Notes: generated from the sequence alone by a model not told the origin. A stretch of DNA of 64,000 nt from Escherichia coli (GCF_017348835.2 NZ_CP071375.1), one strand, 5' to 3'; positions 9,640 through 24,275 are shown, numbered from the stretch's first letter. Made by a program: numbers and translations.

Positions 9640-10311
9640 TCAGGCAATATTTAGATATTTATGTGTTTGCATCGACAAACGCCAATTACGCGCAATGCAG
9701 GTTTCAATGCACAAACGTGTGGCATCATCCTTTTGGCTAATCGGCTGCAGTGCAATGACTCGCGGTTTATCATCGGTCAGCGTCGCCAAAAGTTCATCCA
9801 GTGCTTCAATATCACGTACGCGTCCCACTGGATGCTTGATTTCGTTGGCTCGCTCCAGTGCCTGTGACAACACTTCATAGCCGCCGCGCATGTTCAGCTT
9901 TGGCGATACGGTAACCCAGGTATTCGGTGTACAGCGTACTTCATGAGTACCACTGGTTTCGATCTGGCAGCTAAAACCGTTCTTTTCGAGCAGGTCAGTC
10001 AGTGGCAGCAAATCATGAATGCAAGGCTCACCACCCGTAATCACCACATGCCGCGCGGTATATCCCTGGCGACCAATGACAGCCAGCAAGTCTTCACTGC
10101 TCGCCGCCCCCCACTTATCACTCTCTTTGGTCTTCGCCAGAATGCTGAAAAGGGAGACTTCCCGATCCTCAAGCTTTTCCCAGGTGTGTTTGGTGTCGCA
10201 CCAGGCACAGCCAACCGGGCATCCCTGTAAACGAATAAAAATGGCGGGGACGCCGGTAAAGTAACCCTCACCTTGCAGGGTCTGGAACATCTCGTTAATC
10301 GGGTACTGCAT
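9640..10311 (-). CDS. queE: 7-carboxy-7-deazaguanine synthase (radical SAM, queuosine biosynthesis)
   Basis: 223-aa ORF MQYPINEMFQTLQGEGYFTGVPAIFIRLQGCPVGCAWCDTKHTW; CxxxCxxC-type radical SAM cluster motif. Confidence 0.95.
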   Translation of the reverse strand: MQYPINEMFQTLQGEGYFTGVPAIFIRLQGCPVGCAWCDTKHTWEKLEDREVSLFSILAKTKESDKWGAASSEDLLAVIGRQGYTARHVVITGGEPCIHDLLPLTDLLEKNGFSCQIETSGTHEVRCTPNTWVTVSPKLNMRGGYEVLSQALERANEIKHPVGRVRDIEALDELLATLTDDKPRVIALQPISQKDDATRLCIETCIARNWRLSMQTHKYLNIA

Positions 10312-10449
10312 AGCATTCTCTGTGAAGTGGATAATTGTTAATTATTGCAGATCCTGCCGCAACAATCATGTCTTATTAACATTCTGTTACATGCAGATTT
10401 AAAGAAAAATGCGAAACATATCGTTAATAATTAAAGGGAGTAACGTATT

Positions 10450-10590
10450 ATGTCAGAAGAAAATAAAGAAAATGGATTTAATCATGTCAAAATATTCACC
10501 AGAATTATATTTATTTTTTCTGTATTAGTTTTTAATGATAACGAATCTAAAATTACCTATGCCGCCGTCAATTTATTTATCCAGATTTAA
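10450..10590 (+). CDS. yqcG: Small protein, 46 aa ([46 protein letters not shown])
   Basis: Not in ORF track (below length cutoff); ATG at 10450 preceded by AAAGGGAG about 7 nt upstream; length and position between queE and ygcG match my recollection of yqcG (symbol assignment uncertain). Confidence 0.5.
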   Translation: MSEENKENGFNHVKIFTRIIFIFSVLVFNDNESKITYAAVNLFIQI

Positions 10591-10603
10591 TGAGAAATTT
10601 ATA

Positions 10604-11473
10604 ATGCGCTATTTCATACTAATGTTCACTTTCGTGTGTTCCTTTGTTGCAGCCCAACCAACTATTTTCCCACAATTACAGCAACAAGTTACGGATCTTA
10701 CGAGTAACTTAAACTCACAAGAAAAGAAAGAACTGACGCACAAGTTAGAATCTATTTTCAATAATACCCAAGTGCAAATTGCTGTATTAATTGTTCCCAC
10801 AACCAAAGACGAGACAATTGAACAATATGCTACAAGAGTTTTTGACAATTGGCGTTTAGGAGATGCCAAACGTAATGATGGGATACTGATCATTGTTGCC
10901 TGGTCGGATCGTACTGTCCGCATCCAGGTAGGTTATGGGCTGGAAGAAAAGGTAACCGATGCTCTGGCTGGAGATATCATCCGTAGCAACATGATACCCG
11001 CATTTAAACAACAAAAATTAGCTCAGGGATTAGAGCTAGCTATAAACGCTTTGAATAACCAACTCACTTCACAACACCAATATCCGGCTAATCCTTCAGA
11101 AAGTGAATCAGCGTCTTCCAGTGATCATTATTACTTTGCTATTTTTTGGGTATTTGCAGTGATGTTCTTCCCTTTCTGTTTTTTTCATCAAGGCAGTAAT
11201 TTTTGTCGCGCATGTAAAAGTGGAGTCTGTATTTCAGCAATCTATCTTTTAGATTTATTCCTGTTCTCCGATAAAACTTTTTCCATTGCTGTATTTTCCT
11301 TCTTTTTTACTTTCACCATATTTATGGTCTTTACCTGTTTATGTGTACTTCAGAAAAGAGCATCTGGTAGAAGTTATCATTCAGACAACAGCGGTTCCGC
11401 TGGAGGCTCAGGCGGCGGGTTTAGCGGCGGTGGCGGTTCTTCTGGCGGTGGCGGCGCATCCGGCCGCTGGTAA
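10604..11473 (+). CDS. ygcG: TPM-domain membrane protein with Phe-rich hydrophobic segment and Gly-rich C-terminal tail
   Basis: ORF 10535..11473; start placed at [11 protein letters not shown]... (signal-peptide-like N-terminus). AT-rich relative to neighbours. Confidence 0.8.
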   Translation: MRYFILMFTFVCSFVAAQPTIFPQLQQQVTDLTSNLNSQEKKELTHKLESIFNNTQVQIAVLIVPTTKDETIEQYATRVFDNWRLGDAKRNDGILIIVAWSDRTVRIQVGYGLEEKVTDALAGDIIRSNMIPAFKQQKLAQGLELAINALNNQLTSQHQYPANPSESESASSSDHYYFAIFWVFAVMFFPFCFFHQGSNFCRACKSGVCISAIYLLDLFLFSDKTFSIAVFSFFFTFTIFMVFTCLCVLQKRASGRSYHSDNSGSAGGSGGGFSGGGGSSGGGGASGRW

Positions 11474-11482
11474 CTCAACCAT

Positions 11483-11512
11483 AAAAAATGCCAGCCCGAA
11501 GGCTGGCATTAT
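11483..11512. terminator. Bidirectional rho-independent terminator between ygcG (+) and eno (-)
   Basis: Perfect hairpin TGCCAGCC-cgaa-GGCTGGCA (11489-11508) flanked by A6 upstream and TTAT downstream, giving a U-tract on the eno strand. Confidence 0.7.
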
Positions 11513-11532
11513 CAAATCAAATAAAGTCAGAC

Positions 11533-12846
<1,314 letters not shown>

Positions 12847-12918
12847 TCACTAGTTAAACTGAAACTCCAGACAAACAACGCGTACCCAGGGTACGCGTTG
12901 CCGTTCTAACTTTTTTAC

Positions 12919-14571
<1,653 letters not shown>

Positions 14572-14783
14572 TTAGGTTGAAAAGACGATGGAATAACCAG
14601 GACGGGAAAGCAGTATACCCGAACATGACCTGTGCCACAAACTTTCATTATCCCTCCTCTTCGCCAGCGCACTATTGAAATCAGGAGTGAGAAAATAGCC
14701 CCTTTGGGGTAAATGTTTTTGACGCAAATCAAGCGCTTGTCATTTAAAAAATGACACAAATGGCGCTTGACCGCGTAATTCCC

Positions 14784-15575
14784 TTAGAGATCAATTTCCT
14801 GCCGTTTTACCTGTTGCCAGACTTCTTCCATTGTTTCGAGGTCAACACCTGTCATTTCCAGTCCACGCGCGGCAACAATACGCTCCACTTCGCGAAAACG
14901 ACGCTCGAATTTTTCGTTCGCTTTTTGCAATGCGATTTCCGCTTTTGTCCCTAAATGACGAGCCAGATTGACCGTGGCAAACAGCAGATCCCCCATTTCC
15001 TCCTCCAGTTTAGCCTGGTCGACAACAGCCTGCCGCGCTTCGTACATCACCTCGTCGATCTCTTCGTAGACTTTATCGACTACCGGACCAAGCGTCGTCC
15101 AATCGAAGCCAACGTTGGCGCAACGTTTCTGGATTTTTTGCGCACGCATTAAAGCCGGTAAACTACGAGGAATATCGTCCAGCGCCGAATGCTGCGCTTT
15201 CTGCGCGCGCTCTTCGGTTTTGATTTGCTCCCAACGGGCAAGCACTTCACTACTGTTTTCGGCAGAACTGTCAGCAAAAACATGCGGATGGCGACGCTCT
15301 AATTTATCGCTAATCGCAGCGCAAATATCATTAAAGTCAAAGCGCCCTTCTTCCTGAGCCATTTGGGCGTAAAACACCACCTGGAACAGCAGATCGCCGA
15401 GTTCACCGCGCAGATCGTCAAAATCTTCACGGGCGATGGCGTCCAGCACTTCGTAGGTTTCTTCAAGGGTGTAAGGCGCAATGGTGGCAAATGTCTGCTC
15501 TTTATCCCACGGGCAGCCGTTTTCCGGGTCGCGCAGGCGCTGCATAATAGTGAGCAAACGGTCGATTTGATTCAT
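14784..15575 (-). CDS. mazG: Nucleoside triphosphate pyrophosphohydrolase MazG
   Basis: 263-aa ORF MNQIDRLLTIMQRLRDPENGCPWDKEQTF... Confidence 0.95.
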   Translation of the reverse strand: MNQIDRLLTIMQRLRDPENGCPWDKEQTFATIAPYTLEETYEVLDAIAREDFDDLRGELGDLLFQVVFYAQMAQEEGRFDFNDICAAISDKLERRHPHVFADSSAENSSEVLARWEQIKTEERAQKAQHSALDDIPRSLPALMRAQKIQKRCANVGFDWTTLGPVVDKVYEEIDEVMYEARQAVVDQAKLEEEMGDLLFATVNLARHLGTKAEIALQKANEKFERRFREVERIVAARGLEMTGVDLETMEEVWQQVKRQEIDL

Positions 15576-15645
15576 TAGAATGTCCTGAAAATTGCGGGTC
15601 CGTCAGGTGGAAACCTGTGACCAGAATAGAAGTGAGTGAGTAACA

Positions 15646-15981
15646 CTACCCAATCAGTACGTTAATTTTGGCTTTAATGAGTTGTAATTCCTCTGGGGCA
15701 ACCGTTCCTTTCTTCGTTGCTCCTCTTGCCCGCCAGGCGATACTTTTTACCTGATCAGCTAACGCTACGCCATCACGTTCCTGACCGGATAAAACAACTT
15801 CGAACGGATATCCTTTTGATTGCGTTGTACAAGGAACACACAGACACATACCTGTTTTGTTGTTGTACATGAAAGGACTCAGGACAACAGCTGGACGATG
15901 TCCAGCTTGCTCGCTACCTTTTGTCGGGTCAAAATCAACCCAAATCAGATCGCCCATATCGGGTACGTATCGGCTTACCAT
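15646..15981 (-). CDS. mazF: Type II toxin MazF (mRNA interferase, ACA-specific endoribonuclease)
   Basis: 111-aa [39 protein letters not shown]... Confidence 0.95.
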   Translation of the reverse strand: MVSRYVPDMGDLIWVDFDPTKGSEQAGHRPAVVLSPFMYNNKTGMCLCVPCTTQSKGYPFEVVLSGQERDGVALADQVKSIAWRARGATKKGTVAPEELQLIKAKINVLIG

Positions 15982-16229
15982 TACCAGACTTCCTTATCTT
16001 TCGGCTCTCCCCAGTCGATATTCTCGTGGAGGTTTTCCGGCGTGATGTCGTTGACCAGTTCAGCAAGCGTAAATACGGGCTCTTTACGCACTGGCTCAAT
16101 AATTAATTTGCCATCCACCAGGTCAATCTTCACTTCATCATCAATATTCAGATTGAGCGCCTGCATTAACGTAGCCGGGATCCGCACCGCCGGTGAATTT
16201 CCCCAACGCTTTACGCTACTGTGGATCAT
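15981..16229 (-). CDS. mazE: Type II antitoxin MazE
   Basis: 82-aa [34 protein letters not shown]...; stop overlaps mazF start by 1 nt. Confidence 0.95.
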
Positions 16230-16255
16230 AACCCTTTCCTCAAACCGCTATCATA

Positions 16256-16292
16256 TGTAGATACAGTATATATCAATCTACATTGTAGATAC
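16256..16292 (-). promoter_or_regulatory. mazEF promoter-operator region (palindrome TGTAGAT-N13-ATCTACA plus second TGTAGATAC copy)
   Basis: Inverted repeat at 16256-16282 and direct repeat of TGTAGATAC at 16284-16292, immediately upstream of mazE; matches the described autoregulated mazEF operator. Confidence 0.5.
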
Positions 16293-16306
16293 GAGCAAAT
16301 TTCGGC

Positions 16307-18541
16307 CTAACTCCCGTGCAACCGACGCGCGTCGATAACATCCGGCACCTGGTTGAGTTTACCCAGCACGCGACCCAGCACCTGCAGGTTGTAAATCTCA
16401 ATGGTCATGTCGATGGTCGCCAGTTGCTGTTTGGTGTCGCTACGGCTGGCAACGCCAAGCACGTTCACTTTCTCATTGGCGAGAATGGTCGTGATATCAC
16501 GTAACAACCCACTACGATCATTAGCCACCACGCGGACCACCAGCGAATATCCGGCGGAGTAGCTCTCGCCCCATACCGCGTCAACAATGCGTTCTGGCGC
16601 ATGGGAGCGCAGTTCCGCCAGTTGTTCGCAATCGGCGCGGTGTACTGAAATACCGCGCCCCTGGGTAATGAAGCCGACAATCTCATCTCCAGGAATCGGC
16701 TGGCAGCAACGCGCGATGTGGTGCATCAGGTTACCGACACCTTCAACCACCACACGACCGTTATCTTTACTGCGGTTTTGCGGCGTGTAACTTTTTTGCT
16801 GAAGTTGCTTCAGCGCGGCGGCGTCCTGCTCTTCGGCACTCGGCTTATTAAATTGCGATTGCAGGAAGTTCACCATCTGATTGAGACGGATATCCCCGCC
16901 ACCAATCGCCGCCAGCAACTCGTCGACATCATTGAAGTTGTAACGCGGCAGCAGATGTTTTTCTGCTTCTTTCAGGCTGATCCCCAGATGTTCCAGCTCG
17001 TCGTCAAGGATTTGCCGCCCAGCCAGAATGTTTTTGTCACGGTCCTGTTTACGGAACCAGGCGTGAATTTTCGAACGCCCACGGCTGGTTGTGACGTAAC
17101 CGAGGTTTGGGTTTAACCAGTCACGGCTGGGGTTCGGCTGTTTCTGGGTGATAATTTCAATCTGGTCGCCCATCTGCAGCTGGTAGGTGAACGGCACAAT
17201 GCGCCCGCCAATTTTTGCCCCGATGCAGCGGTGTCCGACATCACTGTGGATGTGGTAAGCGAAGTCCAGCGGCGTTGATCCCGCAGGCAAATCAACGACA
17301 TCACCTTTCGGCGTAAAGACATACACCCGGTCGTCAAACACCTGACTACGTACTTCGTCGAGCATTTCGCCGGAATCAGCCATCTCTTCCTGCCACGCAA
17401 TCAGTTTACGCAGCCAGGCAATCCGGTCTTCATGTCCCGAACGTGCGCCGCCAGCAGCCGCGCCCTCTTTATATTTCCAGTGCGCAGCAACACCCAACTC
17501 TGCATCTTCATGCATCTGTTTGGTGCGGATTTGGATCTCAACGGTTTTTCCACCCGGCCCCAGAACCACGGTATGAATAGACTGATAACCGTTTGGTTTC
17601 GGGTTAGCGACGTAATCGTCAAACTCATCCGGCAGGTGGCGATAGTGAGTGTGCACTATCCCCAGTGCGGCATAACAATCCTGTAAACGCTCGGCGACAA
17701 TACGTACCGCACGCACATCAAACAGCTCATCGAAGGCGAGGTTCTTTTTCTGCATTTTGCGCCAGATGCTGTAGATGTGTTTCGGACGACCATACACTTC
17801 AGCTTTAACGCCTTCAGCTTTCATCTCAGCGCGCAGATGACCGACAAACTCTTCGATATAGTGTTCGCGGTCGAGACGGCGTTCATGCAACAGTTTTGCG
17901 ATGCGTTTGTATTCGGTCGGGTGGAGATAACGGAAGCAGTAATCTTCCAGCTCCCATTTCAGTTGCCCAATCCCAAGACGGTTTGCCAACGGCGCGTAGA
18001 TATTGGTGCACTCTTTTGCCGCCAGTACGCGTTCATCTTCCGGCGCATCTTTTACTTCACGCAGATGAGCAATACGCTCCGCCAGTTTGATGACCACGCA
18101 GCGAAAATCATCGACCATCGCCAATAACATCCGGCGAACGTTATCGACCTGTTCGGAGGAAACAGAATCAGTGTGCGTCGCTTTCAGTTGGCGGATCGCC
18201 GCCATATCACGCACGCCGTGAATAAGGTTAACGACCGACTTACCGACGCTCTCACGCAGCACATCTTCGCTGACTACGTTGGCATCCGCCAGAGGGAAAA
18301 GCAGCGCCGCCCGCAGCGTGTCAATGTCCATACTTAATGTCGAGAGGATCTCCACCATCTCAACACCACGCCACAATAACAGACTGGCATCCGGATGCCC
18401 CTGCGTCTGTTGCAGACAATACGCCCAGGTTTCGGCTAAGCACTCACACGACTTCTGGCTGGTAATACCCAGACTTGCGATCCATTTTTCCGGATCAAAT
18501 TCACCAGCCTTATTGATATGTGCACTTCTTACCGCAACCAT
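16307..18541 (-). CDS. relA: GTP pyrophosphokinase / (p)ppGpp synthetase I
   Basis: 744-aa ORF MVAVRSAHINKAGEFDPEKWIASLGITSQKSCE... Confidence 0.97.
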   Translation of the reverse strand: MVAVRSAHINKAGEFDPEKWIASLGITSQKSCECLAETWAYCLQQTQGHPDASLLLWRGVEMVEILSTLSMDIDTLRAALLFPLADANVVSEDVLRESVGKSVVNLIHGVRDMAAIRQLKATHTDSVSSEQVDNVRRMLLAMVDDFRCVVIKLAERIAHLREVKDAPEDERVLAAKECTNIYAPLANRLGIGQLKWELEDYCFRYLHPTEYKRIAKLLHERRLDREHYIEEFVGHLRAEMKAEGVKAEVYGRPKHIYSIWRKMQKKNLAFDELFDVRAVRIVAERLQDCYAALGIVHTHYRHLPDEFDDYVANPKPNGYQSIHTVVLGPGGKTVEIQIRTKQMHEDAELGVAAHWKYKEGAAAGGARSGHEDRIAWLRKLIAWQEEMADSGEMLDEVRSQVFDDRVYVFTPKGDVVDLPAGSTPLDFAYHIHSDVGHRCIGAKIGGRIVPFTYQLQMGDQIEIITQKQPNPSRDWLNPNLGYVTTSRGRSKIHAWFRKQDRDKNILAGRQILDDELEHLGISLKEAEKHLLPRYNFNDVDELLAAIGGGDIRLNQMVNFLQSQFNKPSAEEQDAAALKQLQQKSYTPQNRSKDNGRVVVEGVGNLMHHIARCCQPIPGDEIVGFITQGRGISVHRADCEQLAELRSHAPERIVDAVWGESYSAGYSLVVRVVANDRSGLLRDITTILANEKVNVLGVASRSDTKQQLATIDMTIEIYNLQVLGRVLGKLNQVPDVIDARRLHGS

Positions 18542-18588
18542 CGTCCTCTCCTTTAGGGACCAGACCTGCCGAAATCGGCAAATCGCAA

Positions 18589-19890
18589 CTATTTAACGCG
18601 CGAGAAAAGTACCATCGATTCCAGATGTCCCGTGTGTGGGAACATATCCAGCATCGCCAGTCGCGCAATGGTATATCCTGCTTTTAATAACGCTTCGCTA
18701 TCCCGAGCCAGCGTTGCAGGGTTACAGGATACATAAACTATACGAATAGGTTCCAGTTTTATAATTTGCTGCATAACACCTGCGGCACCTGCTCGCGCGG
18801 GGTCCAGCAACACTTTATCGAAGCCGTTTTTCGCCCACGGCTGCTTTGTGACATCTTCTTCAAGATTTTCGTGATAAAACGTTACATTCTGTAAGCCGTT
18901 AAGACGCGCATTCTGCTGGCCTTTTTCCACCAGCGCCGGAACACCTTCTACACCCACCACACTGGCAGCTTGTGTCGCCAATGGCAGTGTAAAGTTGCCC
19001 ATACCGCAGAACAGATCCAGTACGCGATCTTCAGGTTCCACATCCAGCCATTCCAACGCACGCGCTACCATTTTTTGGTTCACACCCGCATTAACCTGAA
19101 TAAAATCGCGCGGGCTAAAAGTTAAGCGCAACCCGTTTGAGTCATACCATGGCATCTCACCAGAGACGGTTTCGAGTATCTCACTATCGGGGGCAAGATA
19201 CAGATCCAGGCCTTCAGAATGCGAAAAGCGTTCCAGTTTTTCGCGATCTGCCGAACTTAGCGGTGCGGTATGGCGCAAAATCATCAGCGTGCCGCTGGTT
19301 GCCTGTACCAGTTCAACATGACCAAGATGGCGCATAGCTTGTAAGCTGCCCAGGCATGCCCTGACTTTGGGCAGCAATGCTTCAAGTTGGGGCACTAAAA
19401 TGGGGCATTGTTTAACGTCGACAATGTCACTGGAGCCCGCTTTGCGAAACCCCATCTGAAGTTGCTGTGTTTTCGGTAAGTAGTTCAGACTTAAACGCGC
19501 GCGACGGCGATAGCCCCAGGGAACATCGGCGATCACTTCAGAGACTTCGTGTTTCATTAATCGGGCAAGTGCCGCACTTTTGCTTCGCTGCTGTAAATCC
19601 ACGCTGGCGTGTTGTTGCTGACAGCCGCCGCATACGCCAAAATGAGGACAGCGTGGCGTTTCGCGTTCCGGGCTATCGCTTAACCGGCGTACGACTTTAG
19701 CGCGGGCATACTGTTTTTTATCTTCAGTAACAGTAACTTCCGCGTTTTCCTGCGGCAATAATCCGGGGATAAATAGCGTTTTGCCGTTATGTCGCGCCAC
19801 GCCCTGACCAAAAGAGTCGAGGTCGTTGACTGAAACGGTTATGATCTGACGCGTCGTCGTGCGTCGTTTTGCAGAGTAGAATTGCGCCAT
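18589..19890 (-). CDS. rlmD: 23S rRNA (uracil1939-C5)-methyltransferase
   Basis: 433-aa ORF with TRAM domain and 4-Cys cluster ([14 protein letters not shown]) and SAM-MTase fold. Confidence 0.95.
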   Translation of the reverse strand: MAQFYSAKRRTTTRQIITVSVNDLDSFGQGVARHNGKTLFIPGLLPQENAEVTVTEDKKQYARAKVVRRLSDSPERETPRCPHFGVCGGCQQQHASVDLQQRSKSAALARLMKHEVSEVIADVPWGYRRRARLSLNYLPKTQQLQMGFRKAGSSDIVDVKQCPILVPQLEALLPKVRACLGSLQAMRHLGHVELVQATSGTLMILRHTAPLSSADREKLERFSHSEGLDLYLAPDSEILETVSGEMPWYDSNGLRLTFSPRDFIQVNAGVNQKMVARALEWLDVEPEDRVLDLFCGMGNFTLPLATQAASVVGVEGVPALVEKGQQNARLNGLQNVTFYHENLEEDVTKQPWAKNGFDKVLLDPARAGAAGVMQQIIKLEPIRIVYVSCNPATLARDSEALLKAGYTIARLAMLDMFPHTGHLESMVLFSRVK

Positions 19891-19946
19891 TGGCGAGACT
19901 TTCTCAATTTAACAGTGTGACCTTAATTGTCCCATAACGGAACTCC

Positions 19947-22703
19947 ATGACCAACTACAGCCTGCGCGCACGCATGATGATTCTGATCCTGGCACCGACC
20001 GTCCTTATTGGTTTATTGCTGAGTATCTTTTTCGTCGTGCATCGCTATAACGACTTGCAGCGTCAACTGGAAGATGCCGGTGCCAGCATTATTGAGCCGC
20101 TTGCAGTTTCTACTGAATATGGCATGAGCCTGCAAAATCGCGAATCTATCGGTCAGTTAATAAGCGTACTGCATCGTCGCCATTCCGATATTGTTCGCGC
20201 GATTTCGGTTTATGATGAAAATAACCGACTCTTTGTCACCTCCAATTTTCATCTTGATCCCTCATCAATGCAGCTCGGCAGCAACGTGCCGTTTCCTCGC
20301 CAGCTCACTGTCACTCGTGACGGCGATATTATGATCCTCCGCACGCCGATTATTTCTGAGAGTTACTCCCCCGACGAATCGCCCAGTAGCGATGCCAAAA
20401 ATAGTCAAAATATGTTGGGATATATTGCGCTTGAGCTGGATCTTAAATCGGTTCGCTTGCAGCAATATAAAGAGATCTTTATTTCCAGCGTGATGATGCT
20501 GTTTTGTATCGGTATTGCGCTTATTTTTGGCTGGCGCTTAATGCGCGATGTAACCGGTCCGATTCGCAACATGGTGAATACCGTCGACCGCATCCGTCGC
20601 GGGCAACTCGACAGCCGGGTGGAAGGATTTATGCTCGGCGAGCTGGATATGCTGAAAAACGGTATCAACTCGATGGCAATGTCGCTGGCTGCTTATCACG
20701 AAGAGATGCAGCACAATATCGACCAGGCGACGTCCGATCTGCGTGAAACGCTGGAGCAGATGGAAATTCAGAACGTTGAGTTGGATCTGGCGAAAAAGCG
20801 CGCCCAGGAAGCGGCGCGTATTAAATCCGAGTTTCTGGCAAATATGTCACACGAGCTGCGTACACCACTGAATGGTGTTATTGGCTTTACCCGCCTGACG
20901 CTGAAAACAGAATTAACACCAACGCAGCGCGATCACCTGAATACGATTGAACGTTCGGCAAATAATTTGCTGGCAATTATTAATGATGTTCTCGACTTCT
21001 CGAAACTGGAAGCAGGTAAGCTGATTCTGGAAAGTATTCCATTCCCACTACGCAGCACGCTGGATGAAGTCGTTACTCTGCTGGCACATTCTTCTCACGA
21101 TAAAGGGTTGGAACTGACGCTCAATATTAAAAGCGACGTGCCTGATAACGTGATCGGCGACCCACTGCGATTACAGCAAATCATCACTAACCTGGTGGGG
21201 AATGCAATTAAATTCACCGAGAATGGCAACATTGATATTCTGGTAGAAAAACGTGCGCTGAGTAATACCAAAGTGCAGATTGAAGTGCAGATTCGGGATA
21301 CCGGCATTGGTATTCCTGAACGTGATCAATCGCGCTTATTCCAGGCCTTCCGACAGGCTGATGCCAGTATTTCCCGCCGTCATGGTGGCACCGGGCTGGG
21401 GCTGGTGATTACACAAAAACTGGTTAATGAAATGGGCGGCGATATTTCGTTCCATAGCCAGCCGAATCGCGGTTCAACTTTCTGGTTCCACATTAATCTC
21501 GATCTGAACCCGAACATTATTATTGAAGGGCCATCCACCCAGTGCCTCGCCGGTAAACGCCTGGCCTATGTCGAACCAAACTCCGCAGCAGCACAATGCA
21601 CGCTGGATATTTTAAGTGAAACGCCGCTGGAAGTGGTTTATAGCCCAACGTTCTCCGCGCTGCCTCCCGCGCATTACGACATGATGTTGTTAGGCATCGC
21701 GGTGACCTTCCGCGAGCCGTTAACAATGCAACATGAGCGATTAGCGAAAGCGGTATCGATGACCGATTTCCTGATGCTGGCACTTCCTTGCCATGCACAA
21801 GTCAATGCTGAAAAACTCAAGCAAGATGGTATCGGCGCGTGTCTGCTGAAACCATTAACACCTACGCGCCTGTTGCCTGCCCTGACGGAATTTTGTCATC
21901 ACAAACAAAACACGCTTTTGCCTGTAACCGATGAAAGTAAGCTGGCAATGACAGTCATGGCGGTTGATGACAACCCCGCTAACCTGAAACTTATCGGCGC
22001 ATTGCTGGAAGATATGGTGCAACATGTGGAACTTTGCGATAGCGGGCATCAGGCGGTTGAACGGGCGAAACAGATGCCGTTCGATTTGATCTTAATGGAT
22101 ATTCAAATGCCGGACATGGATGGCATTCGGGCCTGCGAACTCATCCACCAACTCCCCCATCAGCAACAAACGCCGGTTATCGCGGTAACGGCGCATGCAA
22201 TGGCCGGGCAAAAAGAGAAGCTGCTTGGCGCAGGGATGAGCGATTATCTGGCGAAACCGATTGAAGAAGAGCGATTGCATAATTTGTTGTTGCGCTACAA
22301 GCCTGGCAGCGGTATTTCGTCTCGCGTCGTGACGCCCGAAGTCAACGAAATTGTGGTGAACCCGAATGCGACCCTCGACTGGCAACTGGCACTACGCCAG
22401 GCAGCAGGAAAAACCGATTTAGCGCGCGATATGCTGCAAATGTTACTCGATTTCCTGCCTGAAGTTCGCAACAAAGTTGAGGAACAGCTGGTTGGAGAAA
22501 ACCCGGAAGGCCTGGTTGATTTGATTCATAAACTGCATGGCAGTTGCGGCTATAGCGGTGTGCCGCGTATGAAGAATCTCTGCCAACTGATCGAACAACA
22601 GCTACGTAGCGGTACTAAAGAAGAAGATTTGGAGCCGGAGCTGCTGGAACTGTTGGACGAGATGGATAATGTCGCGCGCGAAGCCAGCAAAATTCTCGGG
22701 TAA
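19947..22703 (+). CDS. barA: Hybrid sensor histidine kinase BarA (HAMP, HisKA, HATPase, receiver, HPt)
   Basis: 918-aa ORF; H-box [11 protein letters not shown], receiver [14 protein letters not shown]-terminal HPt. Confidence 0.97.
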
Positions 22704-22777
22704 CGGACGTCTTGTCGAGTAGCAATCGGCTTTTTATGACGCTGGTTTCAGATTGGTGACAAAGTGCCTGTGTTTAT

Positions 22778-22812
22778 GCCGGATGCGGCGTTAACGCCTT
22801 ATCCGGCCTACA
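22778..22812. repeat. REP (repetitive extragenic palindrome) between barA and gudD
   Basis: GCCGGATGCGGCG...CGCCTTATCCGGCCTAC palindromic unit typical of E. coli REP. Confidence 0.7.
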
Positions 22813-22934
22813 AAACCAATTAAATTCAATGAATTAAAAAATGATGTAGACTTGATACATAGCACAACAGGCTATTTTGCGTTTAGCATCAGTCTCAAAC
22901 CGGCTCCAGATAGAGCCGGTTTTGGTTTTCTGTC

Positions 22935-24275
22935 TTAACGCACCATGCACGGGCGCTTGTTATCGAACGTCCAGCCAGGAATCAGATACTGCATTCCCAT
23001 CGCATCGTCACGCGCGCCAAGCCCGTGTTTCTGATACAGCTCATGGGCTTTCATCACTTGATCCATATCGATTTCTACACCCAGCCCCGGTTTTTCTGGC
23101 ACCTGTACCAGCCCGCCTTTGATCTCAAACGGTTCTTTGGTCAGGCGCTGATTGCCTTCCTGCCAAATCCAGTGCGTATCAATAGCAGTAATTTTACCCG
23201 GTGCAGCGGCGGCAACATGGGTAAACATCGCCAGGGAAATATCGAAGTGGTTGTTAGAGTGTGAACCCCAGGTCAGGCCAAATTCATGGCACATTTGCGC
23301 CACACGTACCGAACCTTGCATCGTCCAGAAATGCGGATCCGCCAGCGGGATATCAACGGATTGTAACGAGAGCGTATGGCCCATCTGCCGCCAGTCGGTG
23401 GCGATCATATTGGTTGCTGTCGGCAGGCCAGTCGCGCGACGGAACTCTGCCATCACTTCACGCCCGGAGAAACCTTGCTCCGCACCACACGGATCTTCTG
23501 CATAAGCCAGCGAACCTTTCAGGTATTTACCAATTTTAATCGCTTCGTTCAGCGACCAGGCACCGTTAGGATCGAGCGTAATACGCGCCTGCGGGAAGCG
23601 TTGCGCCAGTGCCACAATAGACTCGGCCTCTTCTTCCCCGGCCAGTACACCGCCTTTCAGTTTGAAATCGTTGAAGCCATATTTTTCATACGCCGCTTCC
23701 GCCAGGCGCACCACCGCATCCGGCGTCATCGCTTCTTCATGACGCAGGCGATACCAGTCGCATGAGTCATCCGGCTGGCTTTGATACGGCAGAGGTGTGG
23801 CTTTGCGATTACCGACGAAGAACAGATAACCGAGCATTTCGACTTCGCTACGCTGTTGACCATCGCCCAGCAGGGATGCCACGTTAACCCCCAGATGCTG
23901 CCCCAGCAGATCCAGCATTGCCGCTTCTATCCCGGTAACTACATGAATAGTGGTACGCAAATCAAATGTCTGCAAACCGCGCCCGCCGGCATCACGATCG
24001 GCAAAAGTATTACGCACCAGCGTCAGAACGTTTTTGTATTCACCCAGCGTTTTACCCACTACCAGCGGAATCGCATCTTCCAGCGTTTTACGGATTTTCT
24101 CGCCGCCGGGAATTTCCCCTACGCCAGTGTGACCAGAATTATCTTTGATAATCACAATATTACGCGTGAAGAACGGTGCGTGTGCACCACTCAGATTCAT
24201 CAGCATACTGTCATGGCCCGCCACCGGGATGACCTGCATTTCAGTAACAACAGGCGTCGTAAATTGAGAACTCAT
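22935..24275 (-). CDS. gudD: Glucarate dehydratase
   Basis: ORF 22935..24299; start trimmed to [25 protein letters not shown] (446 aa); enolase-superfamily. Confidence 0.95.
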   Translation of the reverse strand: MSSQFTTPVVTEMQVIPVAGHDSMLMNLSGAHAPFFTRNIVIIKDNSGHTGVGEIPGGEKIRKTLEDAIPLVVGKTLGEYKNVLTLVRNTFADRDAGGRGLQTFDLRTTIHVVTGIEAAMLDLLGQHLGVNVASLLGDGQQRSEVEMLGYLFFVGNRKATPLPYQSQPDDSCDWYRLRHEEAMTPDAVVRLAEAAYEKYGFNDFKLKGGVLAGEEEAESIVALAQRFPQARITLDPNGAWSLNEAIKIGKYLKGSLAYAEDPCGAEQGFSGREVMAEFRRATGLPTATNMIATDWRQMGHTLSLQSVDIPLADPHFWTMQGSVRVAQMCHEFGLTWGSHSNNHFDISLAMFTHVAAAAPGKITAIDTHWIWQEGNQRLTKEPFEIKGGLVQVPEKPGLGVEIDMDQVMKAHELYQKHGLGARDDAMGMQYLIPGWTFDNKRPCMVR

